Shown in pieces: positions 9,775-18,140 of a stretch of DNA of 64,000 nucleotides (within the stretch, counting starts at the first letter, position 1; the number at the start of each line of letters is the position of its first letter). The stretch comes from an uncultured Nanoarchaeota archaeon (GTDB lineage Archaea > Nanobdellota > Nanobdellia > Pacearchaeales > GW2011-AR1). The translations under genes and the position numbers were made by a program. The stretch covers positions 132,944-196,943 of the forward strand of contig CAVUQF010000003.1 of the NCBI GenBank assembly GCA_963743615.1, given 5' to 3'. The notes under the pieces are model-generated. The model was not told the origin of the DNA, did not search any database, and saw nothing but the letters and a program-made list of their open reading frames with translations.

Positions 9775-10329
9775 GTGGATCTAATACTATTAAGACATGT
9801 AGAATCTAAAAGTAATAAAGAAGATAAAGCAGATTCTCAAATGGATAGTGAATTAACTGAGAAAGGCAAAAAGGAAGCTAAAGAATTAATTTCCAAACTC
9901 AGAGGATTGTCAATAGATGTTGTTATTGTCAGTCCATTAAAAAGAACACTGGATACTATTAAACCTTTTTTAGAATCAGTAAAATCAAAACCAAAGGTTA
10001 TTACGAGTAAGCTGACAGTTGAAAGGGATTTGGGGAAATTTACCGGAAGTAAAATGGGAGATTTTCAGAAATACTGCGAAGAAAAAAATTTAGATAAAGT
10101 CTTTCAGAAACCTGAAGGAGGAGAGTCTATTTTTGATATGTATAAAAGGGCCAAAAAGTTATTTTCTTATCTTAAGAAAAGTTATAAGAAAAAGAATATC
10201 TTACTTTGTGGACATAAGAATTTTCTTTTATGTCTTGAAATTGCAATAACTAATAAAAAAATTGAAGATTATTACTCTTATCAGCCACTAGAGACAGGAG
10301 AATTTAGAGAACTAAAACTAAATGTATAA
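9775..10329 (+). CDS. Histidine phosphatase (phosphoglycerate mutase family; cassette 2 cargo)
   Basis: LLRHVES (RHG variant), SPLKRTLDT, PEGGES, CGH; GTG start. Confidence 0.85.
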   Translation: MDLILLRHVESKSNKEDKADSQMDSELTEKGKKEAKELISKLRGLSIDVVIVSPLKRTLDTIKPFLESVKSKPKVITSKLTVERDLGKFTGSKMGDFQKYCEEKNLDKVFQKPEGGESIFDMYKRAKKLFSYLKKSYKKKNILLCGHKNFLLCLEIAITNKKIEDYYSYQPLETGEFRELKLNV

Positions 10330-10375
10330 TAAAAGCCTCAAAAAATAAACTATTGTTTTTTACACTGCTGAGGCT
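10328..10375 (+). repeat. Cassette-terminal hairpin repeat copy B
   Basis: aataaaagcctcaaaaaataaactattgttttttacactgctgaggct; 4 substitutions versus copy A from gcctca to gaggct. Confidence 0.92.
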
Positions 10376-10386
10376 TATTAATTAAT

Positions 10387-10394
10387 TTTATAAA
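10387..10394 (+). promoter_or_regulatory. TATA box (tttataaa) at -29..-22 of ATG 10416
   Basis: Same octamer at the same offset precedes ATG 15813 and ATG 17536. Confidence 0.65.
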
Positions 10395-10415
10395 GTTATA
10401 TAATAGACTAATAAA

Positions 10416-10907
10416 ATGCCAAAAGAAACCAAGCTTGGTTTAGATGAATTGAAGAAAAGGTATAAAGAATTGCAGAACAAATATCATCTTCCAGATTTTG
10501 ATTCTTTAAATCATGATTTTTATGCCGAGAAAATCTCTGAGATTGAGACAGATGTTTTGACAAGAGAGATTAGAAGGTTTATGGCAGATAGGATTTATAA
10601 TTATTTAAGATTTATAGAGACAATACTTAATCCTGTTAATGTTCCGATGTTCATCTTTTCGATTATAAAATCATTAGACTCCTCTGATAAAAAAAAGCTT
10701 TCTGATCTTTATGCAAGATTATCAGAAATAAATATAGAACTGATAAAGTTGGATATAGACTCCAATGAAAAAAAGGATGCAGAATTTATTAACCAGGTCT
10801 ATGAGTCCTGGCAGTCAATAAAAAAAGATCTATCTTCTGTTGTTAATAGGTTTAAGGATAATAAAGAAGTAAAGGAAGATAAGAATAGTACCAGATACTT
10901 TGGATAA
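10416..10907 (+). CDS. Conserved hypothetical protein
   Basis: 163-aa helical ORF (KYHLPDFDSLNHDF...YLRFIETILNP). Confidence 0.7.
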   Translation: MPKETKLGLDELKKRYKELQNKYHLPDFDSLNHDFYAEKISEIETDVLTREIRRFMADRIYNYLRFIETILNPVNVPMFIFSIIKSLDSSDKKKLSDLYARLSEINIELIKLDIDSNEKKDAEFINQVYESWQSIKKDLSSVVNRFKDNKEVKEDKNSTRYFG

Positions 10908-10915
10908 TCCTGAGA

Positions 10916-11605
10916 TTACTCTTTGATTATTGTTCCGATAAACTTTTTTCCGTTCAGCAGTCTGTCAAATTGTTCTAAGTTTTTTCCCAGTATGTATGTA
11001 ATTATTTTATTTTGCATTATTATTTTTGAGGCAGTCTGGTCAATTACAAAATGTTGCCCTGGCTTGAATTCTTTCTCTGTTGCCATTTTGTATAATCCTC
11101 TCCATGAAATTTCTGGGATAAATTTGGCATCTTTGTATTCGGATGGGTTCTTGTCATGTAATCCGGAAACATTTGTAAGATTTATAAAATCAGTTTTGAA
11201 GTGTTGTGCAATTTCTGCCGCAGTTGAGTCAGATGTTTCATGTGGTTTATATTCAAGAGATCCACAAAAGACAATGTCTTGTTTTTTTATTCTTTTTTCA
11301 AGATCTTTCATTGTGTGGGGAATTCCGGTGTCTAAACTGAAATTAAAAATGTAACTCATAAACCTAGCATTCATCCTTGTTGCAGATATGCCTGCAAAAT
11401 CCTGAAATTTTTCATTTAACTTCAATCTCAATAAAGCAGAGATATATTTTCTTGCAGTGGTTCCTCCACCACATATAATTATGAATTTATACTTTGATTT
11501 GTTCTTGTAAATTACTCTTTTGAATTCTTTTAAGAATTTTATATCCATTTTTTCAGGAACAATCAAGCTCCCGCCAAGACTTACTACTTTTACCTCTCTT
11601 TTCAT
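10916..11605 (-). CDS. pyrH: UMP kinase, archaeal type
   Basis: VSLGGSLI, GGGTTARKYI, GISATRMNA, TSDSTAA, NLTNVSGLHDKNP, VID..A. Confidence 0.92.
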   Translation of the reverse strand: MKREVKVVSLGGSLIVPEKMDIKFLKEFKRVIYKNKSKYKFIIICGGGTTARKYISALLRLKLNEKFQDFAGISATRMNARFMSYIFNFSLDTGIPHTMKDLEKRIKKQDIVFCGSLEYKPHETSDSTAAEIAQHFKTDFINLTNVSGLHDKNPSEYKDAKFIPEISWRGLYKMATEKEFKPGQHFVIDQTASKIIMQNKIITYILGKNLEQFDRLLNGKKFIGTIIKE

Positions 11606-11635
11606 GTTATAAAAATAAGAATGAAGTTTTTATAT

Positions 11636-11917
11636 TTATTTGACAGTGAATAATTTGTTGTCATGTACATTAAAAATTCCCAGCCTGACTCCGGAATCAA
11701 TCCACCCGTGTGCATAATTCAGTGCTGCAAAAGAGTTTACAATGTCTCCCTTTTCTTTAAAGTATTTTGCATCAGATAAATAATTTGAAGCCATTTCTAT
11801 TATTTCTTTTGCCTGTTTACTTTTTCCCTTTACTACATTCTTTTCTATCTCTTCTAAGGCTTTTGTCGTTAGGATAAGATACCTTTCAAATTTCTCTTTT
11901 GTTATCCTATCTTTCAT
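11636..11917 (-). CDS. DUF357 domain protein
   Basis: MASNYLSDAKYF...GDIVNSFAALNYAHGWIDSGVRLG. Confidence 0.88.
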   Translation of the reverse strand: MKDRITKEKFERYLILTTKALEEIEKNVVKGKSKQAKEIIEMASNYLSDAKYFKEKGDIVNSFAALNYAHGWIDSGVRLGIFNVHDNKLFTVK

Positions 11918-11959
11918 AGTAGAGAAATATTTAAATAGGTTATAAATTTATTTGGGGAT

Positions 11960-12273
11960 ATGAAGGAAGGGGCTGTTGAGAACAATTCGAAGAGGGTGAC
12001 AAAAGTCTTAGTTGCCGTAATAGTAGTTTTGGCTTTGCTTGTTATTTATTCTTTTGTGGTTAAACCTGCGGTCAGTGGCTATATAGTAAGTGACAGAATA
12101 AGTTAGTGAGTGCACAGAATACCGGGGCTACTTCTTTGATGGGTTCAATTATTTCGGAGCTTAACCAGACGGGGGGATATGTTCAGATTCCAATAGGGAA
12201 TCAGACATTAGTTTTGATGACTCCCCAATATTGCCAAAGTGCTATGGCAAACAATGGTGCTAGTAAAGCTTAA
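11960..12273 (+). pseudogene. Small membrane-anchored protein interrupted by a 1-nt frameshift near 12089-12103
   Basis: Frame from ATG 11960 (MKEGAVENNSKRVTKVLVAVIVVLALLVIYSFVVKPAVSGYIVSD) stops at TAG 12104; another frame continues NKLVSAQNTGATSLMGSIISELNQTGGYVQIPIGNQTLVL...KA to TAA 12273. Confidence 0.7.
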
Positions 12274-12278
12274 TATTT

Positions 12279-12986
12279 CTACATTGGTCTACGGTTAGAT
12301 GATGTTGTGTTGTTTGGCTGCATTTTTGTTATTGTGAATTTTGATGGAACGATTTCTGATATTATTGCTGAGAAAACTAAATTTCCTACAACTACTCTGT
12401 ACACTCCAAAATCCACCGGTATTTTTGACGCTCTTGAAAATCTGTTTATAACGTCTTCAATCTCATTATTCATAAGAGTTATTCCTGTCGGTCTTCTTCC
12501 CATATCTCCTGAAACCATTATTGGCTTGTTTGGGCCATCGCATTCTACCTCTCTTATATGTGGATCATTAATTATGGGATTTAATTTATCCAAGTCAATT
12601 TCTTTGCTGCTTGGAACGGGTTTTAAATATTGCAGTTCCGGAGGAAGTCTTGGTTCTGGAATTCTAAGAATAGGGTATCCTAATCTTTTATCTTCCGAAA
12701 TTTCTCTCCTGTTTGTTTTGATACGAACATCTGGTTCTATAATAGAAAGTTCTCCACCATTCTTTTTCGGAGCTTCTGAAAGTATGGATCTTATTAAGGG
12801 AGCCTCTTTTTTTGCTTCCTGATTTTTGATTTCTACTTTTGGCAATTCTGCAACAAGTTGATTTCTCTCTTCTAATATCTTCTTCAGTTGAAACAGCCCT
12901 CCAGAATTGTTTGCTAGCTCTCGAAGGAAGAGAAGAAGAAAGATTTGTTTTTTGTCTAAAAAGTCTTCTGGTTTAGCTTTTTGCAT
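12279..12986 (-). CDS. Hypothetical protein with a C-terminal region resembling the N-terminal domain of type II/IV secretion (VirB11/FlaI-like) ATPases, no Walker motifs
   Basis: KLNPIINDPHIREVECDGPNKPIMV...IEDVINRFS resembles the 'pll.Dp.ieeI..ng....v.v' segment; Pro-rich linker before it. Confidence 0.55.
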   Translation of the reverse strand: MQKAKPEDFLDKKQIFLLLFLRELANNSGGLFQLKKILEERNQLVAELPKVEIKNQEAKKEAPLIRSILSEAPKKNGGELSIIEPDVRIKTNRREISEDKRLGYPILRIPEPRLPPELQYLKPVPSSKEIDLDKLNPIINDPHIREVECDGPNKPIMVSGDMGRRPTGITLMNNEIEDVINRFSRASKIPVDFGVYRVVVGNLVFSAIISEIVPSKFTITKMQPNNTTSSNRRPM

Positions 12987-13419
12987 TTTGATAATTTGAA
13001 GAGATTGATTTTTGATACTTGTTTGCTACTTCAGGATTCGTCATTTGGGCTGACTGTTCAGGAGAAGGCTGCTGCGGCTGATCCTCCCTTGAGTTTTGAG
13101 AATTTGAGTCATGAAGCAGAGTTATTCCTCTTGCAATTATCTTGTTCTGGTCAAGAAGCTGGTTAAGTTTGTCTGTAACATCCTTGTCTGTTCCTCCTCC
13201 CATAATTTTTATATCTTTTTCCATAAATGCTTTTGCAGACTCTTCAAAGATTCCGAGTAATTTTGAAATTTGTTCCGTAAGATTATCAAGTCGTTCTGAT
13301 AAATTTACCATAACCTCTTGAAGGGACACAAAGTTTTCGATTAGGATTTTTTGGACATTCTCGGTTTTTTCGGGAGCGACTTTTGATTCTACAACTTTCC
13401 TCATCTCTTTTTTTGCCAT
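12973..13419 (-). CDS. Hypothetical coiled-coil protein
   Basis: LIENFVSLQEVMVNLSERLDNLTEQISKLLGIFEESAK; overlaps the downstream ORF. Confidence 0.7.
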   Translation of the reverse strand: MAKKEMRKVVESKVAPEKTENVQKILIENFVSLQEVMVNLSERLDNLTEQISKLLGIFEESAKAFMEKDIKIMGGGTDKDVTDKLNQLLDQNKIIARGITLLHDSNSQNSREDQPQQPSPEQSAQMTNPEVANKYQKSISSNYQNAKS

Positions 13420-13474
13420 TTACATTAGAATATTGAGTTATTTATAAACATAGCGAAGACACATATACTTTTTA

Positions 13475-15736
13475 TTATTTTTTTGATTCAAGTTCTTTTA
13501 TGTATTCTGCGATATCTGCTGCGGCATCCGCATTTAAGCTTATACTGTCAATTCCTTTTTCAACCAAGAACTTTACCATTTCTCTTTTGCTTCCTGCTTG
13601 ACCGCAAATACTTGTCAGTACTCCCTCTTTTTTACAAATCCTTATTACATATTCTAATTGACGTAGGACTGAGGGATCCATTTCATTATAAAATTCTTGA
13701 ACTTCTTCGTTACCTCTATCAATTGCAAGGGTGTATTGTGTCAAATCGTTCGAACCGAAGGAAATAAAGTGTATCTTCTCTTCGCACAAGTCCTTTATTA
13801 TCTGGACTGCCGCAGGAGTTTCTACCATCACTCCTAGTTCCGCCTTCTTAAAATTAATTTCTTCAAGCATTTTTTTGATTCCCTTGACGTCATTGACAGA
13901 GATTATTTGTGGAGATAAAACTCCTATCTTTTTACCTTTTTCAGCAACTCTCTTCAATGCTTTCAATTCAGCTTTTAGTATCTCTGGATGCTTTAGTCCA
14001 AATCTTATTCCATGCATTCCCAGCATAGGATTCACTTCTCTTTTTGGGGCGCCTTTTAAGTCTCCAAACTCGTCGCTCCTTATATCTGAAGTTCTTACCC
14101 AGATGTGATCAAAATATTCTGCGATTTTGGAAATTCCCTTATAGACAATATCCTCATACTCCTTTATCTCTCCATGTTCTAGGAAATAATTTGGATGTTT
14201 TCCTGATTCTGCAATTATTCCTTCTATTCTTGTGAGTCCGATTGAATTTAGGCCTGTTTTTGATGCCCTTTCTGCAAAGCTTGGCAGATCCACAATAAGC
14301 TTTAATTCCGTCTTTGTTTTTGCTTCAACTTTTTTTATTTCCTTTTGTTGGCTTTCTGCAACTTTACCTTTGTAAATTTTTCCGTTTGCTCCATCGACGG
14401 TCACCGTTTCTCCATCTTTCAGTTTTGTAGTTGCGCTTCCTGTGCCCACAACTGCAGGTATTCCCATTTCACGGGACACAATTGCAGCATGACTTGTCAT
14501 CCCCCCTTCATCTGTTATAATTCCCGCAGACTTCTGCATCGTCATAACCATATCTGGATTTGTCATTTTTGTAACAAGTATATCCCCGACTTTCACTTTA
14601 TCAAGCTCTTTTAGATTTTTTACTATTCTTACATTTCCCACTGCAATTCCTGGAGATGCTGCCATTCCACTTAAAATTATTTCTCCCTTAAGATTTGCTC
14701 CTGTTTTTTCGAGTCTTGAGTTTAGTGTTGTTATTGCTCTGGTTTGGACTAAGAAAATTCCTTCTCCCTCAATTGCAAATTCAATATCTTGTGGATGGTT
14801 ATAATGCCTTTCAAGTTTCATTCCAAACTCTGCAAGTTTTTGGATTTCAAAATTGCTTAATACTTTTGATTTAGATTTTTTATCAGGCAAGGCAACTGTT
14901 TCTTCCCTCTTTTTGTCTCCTCTTATTATTGCAATTTTTTTATCTGCGATATACTCGCTGACAATTTTGAAATCTTTTCTTGATATAGCATATTTGTCTG
15001 GAGTTATTGTCCCGGAGACTATTCCCTCTCCCAGCCCAAATACAGCCTCAATTATTATGTTATTATCTTTAAAGGCAGGATTCTCGGAGAACATAACTCC
15101 GGATTTATCTGAATTAATCATTCTTTGGACCACCGCTGCAAGCTTTGGCCCTTTTTCATACCCTTTTTTGTGTCTGTAATATGTTGCTCTTGCTGTATAT
15201 AGGGAGGCAAAGCATTTTTTTACGTTTTCAAGAAGCTCTTCATTTCCTCTAACATTTATGAAAGAATCCTGCTGTCCCGCGAAACTTGCATCCGCCAAAT
15301 CTTCTGTTGTTGCACTTGAACGAACTGCGACATAAATAGGGGATTTCTTATCAAGAACCTTTAATGCCCCTTTTTCCAAATCTTTTTCTTCAGCATTGAG
15401 ATTTTCATAAGATTCTAAAACTTCTTCCTTTAAATCGTTGGGAATCTTTGTATTAACAATAATCTCTCTAATCTGTTTTGTCCTTTCTTCAAGTTGATCT
15501 GTGTTTTCATAATTAATTCCAGAAAGCAACTTCTTTATTTTATCGTCAACTTTTGATTCTTCTATAAAATGCCGGTAGGCTAGTGTTGTGATAACAAATC
15601 CCGGCGGAACTGGGACTCCAAGATTATAGATTTCCCCTAGGTTTGCTCCCTTTCCTCCGACAATGGGAACCAGATTCTTGTTTATCTCTGAGAACCACCT
15701 AATATAGCCTTTTTCTTCACTCTCATTTTTCTTCAT
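13475..15736 (-). CDS. ppsA: Phosphoenolpyruvate synthase (pyruvate, water dikinase)
   Basis: VGGKGANLGE, AVRSSATTEDL..ASFAGQQ, GGMTSHAAIVSRE phospho-His, EVNPMLG, GVMVETPAA, SFGSNDLTQYTL, SICGQA. Confidence 0.95.
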   Translation of the reverse strand: MKKNESEEKGYIRWFSEINKNLVPIVGGKGANLGEIYNLGVPVPPGFVITTLAYRHFIEESKVDDKIKKLLSGINYENTDQLEERTKQIREIIVNTKIPNDLKEEVLESYENLNAEEKDLEKGALKVLDKKSPIYVAVRSSATTEDLADASFAGQQDSFINVRGNEELLENVKKCFASLYTARATYYRHKKGYEKGPKLAAVVQRMINSDKSGVMFSENPAFKDNNIIIEAVFGLGEGIVSGTITPDKYAISRKDFKIVSEYIADKKIAIIRGDKKREETVALPDKKSKSKVLSNFEIQKLAEFGMKLERHYNHPQDIEFAIEGEGIFLVQTRAITTLNSRLEKTGANLKGEIILSGMAASPGIAVGNVRIVKNLKELDKVKVGDILVTKMTNPDMVMTMQKSAGIITDEGGMTSHAAIVSREMGIPAVVGTGSATTKLKDGETVTVDGANGKIYKGKVAESQQKEIKKVEAKTKTELKLIVDLPSFAERASKTGLNSIGLTRIEGIIAESGKHPNYFLEHGEIKEYEDIVYKGISKIAEYFDHIWVRTSDIRSDEFGDLKGAPKREVNPMLGMHGIRFGLKHPEILKAELKALKRVAEKGKKIGVLSPQIISVNDVKGIKKMLEEINFKKAELGVMVETPAAVQIIKDLCEEKIHFISFGSNDLTQYTLAIDRGNEEVQEFYNEMDPSVLRQLEYVIRICKKEGVLTSICGQAGSKREMVKFLVEKGIDSISLNADAAADIAEYIKELESKK

Positions 15737-15783
15737 ATCCTAGCAAGAAAATTAATCTTAATAAATTTTTTGTAGTAATAATA

Positions 15784-15791
15784 TTTATAAA
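15784..15791 (+). promoter_or_regulatory. TATA box (tttataaa) at -29..-22 of ATG 15813
   Basis: Consistent position and sequence. Confidence 0.65.
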
Positions 15792-15812
15792 GATTCTAAT
15801 ATTGGTCTTGCA

Positions 15813-17472
15813 ATGAAGAAGAGGGATAGAAGTAAAAGTAACATTTTTTATTATTTAGCCTTGGGTGTGACTTTGGTTATGCTGTTTTTATTTTTTAAAA
15901 CATTTTTCACAGGGTATGTTGTATCTAGCCCAACTGCCAATGGGAATACCTCTCTCAATAACTATGTTTTACTGACAAGTCCTAATGTGACTTTGTTACA
16001 ATTGGTTGAGGTTTACAACAGTAGTACGAACTCATCAACATATAGGACAACGGGGTATTTCAATGATTATGTTGAGTATAATAACGTTATGAGTGGGACA
16101 ACATATAAAACAAACATTCCGACTAGTCCGGGAAGCACGTCCATGGTGATTAATGGGATTTTGTATAACCTATCTTATGGTGGAAGTGTAGGATCATCAA
16201 ATTCTTGGGCACAAATAAATAAGTTAAATGGAACTGGTAATTTAACGCTCGCATCTTTAAGTTCCAACCTTAGTACGGGTAATTATCTTCTATTGACAAA
16301 TCCTAATCCTCTGGAATATAATGCAATTTTGTTACAATTGGTTGAGGTTTACAACAGTAGTACGAACTTATCAACATATAGGACAACGGGGTATTTCAAT
16401 GATTATGTTGAGTATAATAACGTTATGAGTGGGACAACATATAAAACAAACATTCCGACTAGTCCGGGAAGCACGTCCATGGTGATTAATGGGATTTTGT
16501 ATAACCTATCTTATGGTGGAAGTGTAGGATCATCAAATTCTTGGGCACAAATAATCTCCTCAGCTAATCCTTCTTGTGCTCCTAAAACCTGTTTACAGTT
16601 AAATGATACTTGTGGCAGTGTAAGTAATGGTTGCAATGGAACATTATCCTGTGGGACTTGTAATGGAACTCAAGTTTGTTCTTCTGGTAAGTGTTATGGT
16701 ACTGGTGCTTTACCTTGTGCTCCTAAAACCTGTTTACAGTTAAATGATACTTGTGGCAGTGTAAGTAATGGTTGTGGAGGAACGCTGTCTTGTGGATCTT
16801 GTTCTAGTGGATCAGTTTGTACTTCTAATAAATGTGTATGTGCTCCTAAAACCTGTTTACAGTTAAATGATACTTGTGGCAGTGTAAGTAATGGTTGCAA
16901 TGGAACATTATCCTGTGGGACTTGTAATGGAACTCAAGTTTGTTCTTCTGGTAAGTGTTATGGTACTGGTGCTTTACCTTGTGCTCCTAAAACCTGTTTA
17001 CAGTTAAATGATACTTGTGGCAGTGTAAGTAATGGTTGCAATGGAACATTATCCTGTGGGACTTGTAATGGAATCAAGTTTGTTCTTCTGGTAAGTGTTA
17101 TGGTACTGGTGCTTTACCTTGTGCTCCTAAAACCTGTTTACAGTTAAATGATACTTGTGGCAGTGTAAGTAATGGTTGCAATGGAACATTATCCTGTGGA
17201 ACTTGTAATGGAATCAAGTTTGTTCTTCTGGTAAGTGTTATGGTACTGGTGCTTTACCTTGTGCTCCTAAAACCTGTTTACAGTTAAATGATACTTGTGG
17301 CAGTGTAAGTAATGGTTGTGGAGGAACGCTGTCTTGTGGATCTTGTTCTAGTGGGAAACTTTGCTCTGCAGGAAAATGTATCTGTGAGCCAACAGGATAT
17401 CTTGCTTGGTTTAGTGGTGGAGCAGCTACCTGTTGCAGTAAGCAGACTACTTGGTATGGGACTTGTAAGTAA
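15813..17472 (+). CDS. Surface protein: N-terminal anchor/signal, duplicated ~75-aa module, six Cys-rich repeats; frameshifted at about 17073 and 17213
   Basis: ORF 15813-17147 plus downstream Cys repeats ending ...CCSKQTTWYGTCK at TAA 17470-17472; repeat CAPKTCLQLNDTCGSVSNGCNGTLSCGTC. Confidence 0.8.
15992..16554 (+). repeat. ~227-bp intragenic direct repeat (15992-16218 and 16328-16554)
   Basis: Copies 336 bp apart, one mismatch seen (aactcatca/aacttatca). Confidence 0.92.
16575..17400 (+). repeat. Tandem Cys-rich repeat array, units starting at 16575, 16716, 16839, 16980, 17120, 17260
   Basis: Unit lengths 141, 123, 141, 140, 140 nt, each starting tgtgctcctaaaacc. Confidence 0.93.
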
Positions 17473-17506
17473 GGTTAGTACTTTTGTGGACTTCGAGACC
17501 CTAAGA

Positions 17507-17514
17507 TTTATAAA
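17507..17514 (+). promoter_or_regulatory. TATA box (tttataaa) at -29..-22 of lemA ATG
   Basis: aagaTTTATAAA with a purine-rich BRE-like flank. Confidence 0.65.
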
Positions 17515-17535
17515 TTAAATTTCTTTAATTTATCT

Positions 17536-18087
17536 ATGTCTATAGGAATTATTATCTTAGTAGTTGTGGTGGTTATTGCTCTGATATTCTTTTATTATTT
17601 TAACAGGTTGGCTGTTTTGTCTAATAGAATAGATAATTCTCTCTCTCAGATTGATGTTCAATTGAAGAGAAGAGTGGACTTGATTCCTAATTTAATTGAG
17701 ACCGTTAAGGGTTATGCGAAGCATGAGAAGTCGATTATGACTGAAGTTACCAAGGCTAGAGAAGAATTGGTTTCTGCGAAAGATATTGTTGGGAAAGTGA
17801 AAGCAAATGGAGTTTTGCAAAATAGTCTTGGGAGATTATTTGCAATCGCGGAAAATTATCCTACTCTTAAAGCTAATGAGAATTTCCTAGAGTTGCAGAG
17901 GGAGCTGTCAACTACAGAAGATAGAATTGCATATGCAAGGCAGTTTTATAACGATAGCATCTTGTCTTATAACAATATCTGCAAGACTTTCCCTGGAAAT
18001 TTCTTCGCAAATATCTATGGAAGAAAAGAGAAAGAGTACTTACAAATAACTGATGCAGAAAAGGAACCAGTTAAGGTTAAGTTTTAG
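17536..18087 (+). CDS. lemA: LemA family protein
   Basis: N-terminal TM; IDVQLKRRVDLIPNLIETVKGYAKHE, AENYPTLKANENFLELQ, RQFYND. Confidence 0.93.
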   Translation: MSIGIIILVVVVVIALIFFYYFNRLAVLSNRIDNSLSQIDVQLKRRVDLIPNLIETVKGYAKHEKSIMTEVTKAREELVSAKDIVGKVKANGVLQNSLGRLFAIAENYPTLKANENFLELQRELSTTEDRIAYARQFYNDSILSYNNICKTFPGNFFANIYGRKEKEYLQITDAEKEPVKVKF

Positions 18088-18140
18088 GATTTATTCTTAA
18101 ACAAAATTCTTTTAAATCAACTTATTGTTAAAGTATTAGT

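Larger units (their letters stand above)
9168..10375 (+). mobile_element. Putative tRNA-Thr-anchored array of two single-gene cassettes (9168-9740, 9741-10375)
   Basis: Each unit is aaaaattttaaa, one ORF, then a conserved hairpin ending in gctgaggct (tRNA 3' end). No integrase in the window. Confidence 0.65.

Noticed and set aside
9694-10375. Cassette-end repeats as classical integron attC sites
   Set aside because: No RYYYAAC/GTTRRRY cores and no intI; kept as a distinct tRNA-derived element instead.
16575-17400. Regular ~140-bp repeats as a possible CRISPR array
   Set aside because: Units are near-identical over their whole length with no unique spacers, encode in-frame Cys repeats, and no cas genes are present.
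17312-17518. 68-aa ORF in the track
   Set aside because: Alternate-frame reading of the last Cys repeat; the real frame ends at TAA 17472.
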